A DNA stretch of 64,000 bases from Tubulanus polymorphus. Taxonomy: Eukaryota; Animalia; Nemertea. This document shows positions 60,501 through 64,000 of this stretch, piece after piece. The notes under the pieces are model-generated. The model saw only the letters and a program-made list of their open reading frames with translations, did not search any database and was not told where the DNA came from. The stretch covers positions 21,600,560-21,664,559 of the forward strand of contig NC_134027.1 of assembly GCF_964204645.1 (NCBI RefSeq). Reading direction: 5' to 3'. The stretch's first letter is position 1. Every line of letters starts with the position of its first letter. The position numbers were made by a program, and so were the translations under genes.

Positions 60501-61869
60501 TTATATCGCCTCGACATGGAGCAGGGCATATACTGCTGAACCAGGTAAAGGGTTAGATCCTCTCCAATTTGGTTGGACAGAAGTCGAAAATGGTACGTAC
60601 AGTCCATTATGGTACAGTGGACCACCCTTACCGGCGACTGTACGTAAGTCAACTGAAACAATGGAGTCATCAGAAGATCCTTATGAGGCAGATACTGACA
60701 TTGAAAGTGACAACGATTGTGATGACAGCCAGGATGGCACGGATGATGAACCGGATTTAGACATCAGCCCCTGGAGCGATGACAATGAGAGTGAAAGTGA
60801 TGGTGATTAAAACATAGGCCCTCTTTGTATGTAATATTTAGTTCACTGTGAAATAAATGATTTTTGTTGAATGTTTTTGGAATTTTGATTTCTTGTAACT
60901 CGTTTGATTTAAACTCAGTGTGTTGGTAGCCCTTTAGTTTATCTAGTTTAAGGGTGGACTGTATCGAAATGGTTTTAGGTGAAAGCTGCTGTTGAATGAC
61001 CTGTTTTAAATCAACAATCAATAAAACTACTGTCTGTACCTTCTTGGTACAGATGAAAGCCGCTGTTGAAGTTTTTTTTATGTAGCTATGTCATTGACAC
61101 AAATAAAAATTTCTGTGTCCATTTGAATAAAAACTGTCTCAGGCGTCTGTAAATTGGACTGCTGTCTGGAGCCCTGTACATGCAGATTTTGCTGTCACGA
61201 GTATTTTTAGTTAGTATCGTGTCATTACATCACTTTGAAATTCAAATTATGCATTTCTCTCTTCCTTTGAATAAATCCATGGTCCGGGGCCCCCAAAAGC
61301 CACTGTCCCGACCCCCGTACAGGAGAAAATTGCTGCCATTGATATCTTGCATCTCAAAGTTATCAGTTAGAAAAGATGTGATTAGTTTCAGCTATTTCTC
61401 ACCATATTTTAAAAATGTCATCCGGGGACATCTTGGGGTCTATGGGGCTGCTGTTTGCGACCCCGTACAGGAAAAAGTTGCTGTCACTCACATTTTCAAG
61501 TAGCCTTATACACATGGAAGTAAATAATGTAAGTTTCATTCATTTCTCGCTATCTTTGAATAACTTTATTTTCAGCCCCCCCCCAAAAATGTCACTGTTT
61601 ACGCCCCGGTACAGAAAAAACTGCTGTCATGCTGAAAAATGATATACCTACATTCATTTCAATGATTATCGATTAAAATTATGCATTTCTAATAATCTTT
61701 GAATAAAGATAAATTTTACCCCCATTTTAGGGGCCGCCTAGGCCAAAGGTACAGGCTATGACCCAGCAGCAACGTCATTCGTTGTTACTCGGGTGGTTTC
61801 CTACAAATTGGGCATGTTTAACAATTTTTCTCTCTTCCTATGAATAAAATGTCCGTGGCTCCTGGTCTA
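57596..61869 (+). mobile_element. Long-TIR (foldback-like) DNA element, ~4.3 kb, with ~860-bp TIRs
   Basis: 57596-~58456 is the reverse complement of ~60997-61869 (TAGACCAGGAGCCACGG... / ...CCGTGGCTCCTGGTCTA); CAC flanks both ends. Confidence 0.93.
58872..60810 (+). pseudogene. FEN1/XPG/PIN-like nuclease-domain protein of the long-TIR element (one stop, one frameshift, probable internal deletion)
   Basis: FDGG, LLLDRY..SIKDLERQKR, HEEADT, RSSDTDV, FHSLTGCDFTSAFYRKGK, LPPC..L..H..RA.Y..W..GW. Confidence 0.72.
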
Positions 61870-61959
61870 CACCTCGGCGCGCGCGAACATTTTTCAACCG
61901 TTAACATCATGGCTGCTGACGGTGTTGTTTTATGTATTTTACTTCCTTGTGGTCTTGTG

Positions 61960-62200
61960 TGCTGCTTGAACCGGATCACGAGTTGGCCAAAAATGTACAA
62001 GTCAAACTAACATTAACGTGTGGCGACAACATCGAGTTGAGTTACTACAATACCGGTTTAGGGAGGGCCGACTGTTGCTGCTATTGTGCGTGTAGTGGGG
62101 CTGTTAATCCCCCGGAATTGTTAAATCAGTTTAAAACGTTACTGCCGTTATGCAGTACCTGCCAAAACACAGGAAAAAAGCTGTTGTGGCGCGTCCATAT
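61960..62200 (+). pseudogene. Cys-rich C-terminus of a degenerate transposon protein, interrupted upstream by the long-TIR element
   Basis: LTCGDNIELSYY...CCYCAC...PLCSTC..GK pattern. Confidence 0.4.
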
Positions 62201-62443
62201 GGGAAGATATAAAGCTTTGTTATTTCTAATAAACTGTTTCATATTTAAAATAATGTTCTTCTATGCTTCTTTGGTGATCGGTGATGGAAAATACTTTTTC
62301 CAAAAAAAAAAATTTTTTTTTTCTACCTACCTACCTACCCTACCAAAATTTGGACATGAAAATTCTTTTTATTTTCCGTTCCACCCATGTAAAAGTTAAT
62401 AAAAAAAAAACTCAAAACATTCTTATTCAAGCCTTCAGACCTT

Positions 62444-63669
62444 TTGATTAGTTTCGATGTAGTTTCACTTTTCACCAATGTACCTTTCAAAGAAACTATA
62501 GATATTATTTCTGATTATGTCTATAATTCAGATTCCAAACCATTATATAGTAAAGCAGTATTTAAAGAACTTTTAAAATTTGCCTCTTCTGGTATTTTCA
62601 TGTATAGGCTAACAATTGTTTGTTCCATCAAGTGGATGACGTCACCATGGGCAGCCCTCTAGGTCCCACGTTTGCAAATTTCTGCCTGGCACACTTAGAA
62701 AACCGCTTATTGACTGAATCAAAATTCAAGCCAGCCCTTTACTTCAGATATGTAGATGATGTATTTTGTGTATTTAGAGATCATTCCTCATATCTAAAGT
62801 TCTTCCAACAATTAAACGATTTACATTCTTGTTTAGAATTCACTTTCGAGTTTGGTCCTAACATTCTACCCTTCTTAGATACTCGAATAGAAACTCCTTT
62901 AGAAAGAGGAAAAAATTTTATATCAAGTGTCTACAGAAAATGTTCAAATACTGGTCTTTTACTCAACTTTAATGCGATGTGTGCATTTAAGTGGAAAATA
63001 GGTTTAGTTTATTGTATGTTATTTAGATCTTACAATATTTGTAACAGTTGGCAGGTTTTCACTAAAGAATTAGATTGTCTCCATGATATGTTTTGCCGTA
63101 ACGGTTACCCAGGCAGGGTGTTTGATAATTGTGTCAAAAGTTTTCTGGATTCTAGATTTACGCCGGGTAATAAACAGATTGAACACGATGAAGTTTCTCA
63201 ATTTATCTCAATTCCATATGTGGGCTACCCCACCGTACTATTTGCCCGTAAGATCAGAAATTTGTTCAAAAAACATTATTGCATTGATTCCAAGTGCTCA
63301 TTCACTACCACTAAGATTAAGAATTTCTTCTCATTGAAATGTCCTCCTAAATCCCTTAAGGCTAATGTTGTATACAAATTCAATTGTTTATGTGATGTAA
63401 ATGTTTCCTACATAGGAAAAACTAAACGAAATCTAGCTACGAGAGTTAAAGAGCATCGGACAAACAAATCCGCTATAGGACAACATTTAACTATCTGTTC
63501 CACTTGTAGTCAGGACTTGAATGAAAACAAATTCAAGATTTTAGACAAAGCTAACTCAGACTTTGAATGTAAAATCCGAGAGGCTTTGTTTATTAAATTA
63601 GAAAAGCCGTCTTTAAAATTACAATTGTTTCAAAATGGATCCTCATTCATTTTAAATGTATTTCGTTAA
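62444..63669 (+). pseudogene. Penelope-like retroelement (RT + GIY-YIG), 5'-truncated, frameshifted
   Basis: SFDVVSLFTNVP, MGSPLGP, RYVDD, LPFLD, VYRK, NVVYKFNC...YIGKTKRNL..RVKEH, REAL.I. Confidence 0.93.
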
Positions 63670-64000
63670 TCTGGCTTGTCCTGGCCTGTCCTGAAACTTA
63701 TTTATCCTTGTAAAGATATTCATAAGAGACACATAGTGGAATCAGCCCTAATATGAAAACTTTCGAAATCCAATTTATCTACTTATTTAAATACTGGTTT
63801 TTCTCCACATAACCAATTATTATCCAGACACATCAATTCTTTATTAGATTTGGGTTAATGTCACTATGTGTCACTCTGTTATCGCCACCCTCTTCAGTCC
63901 ACTTCACTTAGTTACATAATTTGTTTTTACTCTGAACTGTTTAGAATTGCTGTGGTTTCTACGGTACCCCTTGATTTTTATTGCTTGGTCTGTTTATCTT

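Noticed and set aside
57824-61642. Duplicated ORFs 57824/57963 (-) and 61180/61415 (+) as genes
   Set aside because: They are mirror images within the TIRs and have no protein motifs.

Overview
Eukaryotic, intron-containing, TE-dense genomic DNA, probably from an invertebrate animal; the host cannot be identified from the sequence. Bases 1 to ~12,235 are the right part of a very AT-rich Polinton/Maverick (adintovirus-like) element. It contains the end of a protein-primed family-B DNA polymerase, a Zn-finger/VLTF3-like gene, a minor capsid, a block of membrane proteins, a major capsid, an rve integrase with chromodomain, an A32/FtsK-type packaging ATPase and small ORFs. The element appears to have inserted into a GPCR gene. 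Three features stand out: (i) the polymerase carries the C-terminal part of a LAGLIDADG-type intein ending ...KN|TDS, at the catalytic YxD|TDS motif, as in giant-virus PolB inteins; (ii) 13 of 14 gene starts are TAAATG, usually preceded by AATTTTT, resembling a poxvirus late promoter; (iii) a VLTF3-like transcription factor is present. Together these suggest a link to nucleocytoviral machinery. The rest of the window is a transposon graveyard: an intact hAT-type element with a 6-bp TSD, a spliced MULE, Kolobok-like, Merlin, piggyBac, Harbinger, Gypsy, LINE and Penelope remnants, many fragments of an unknown P-loop ATPase, mosaic segmental duplications, and a long-TIR element whose only recognisable enzyme is a FEN1/PIN-like nuclease. 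Almost all fragments are on the + strand. All family assignments come from motif recognition by eye; no database searches were run.
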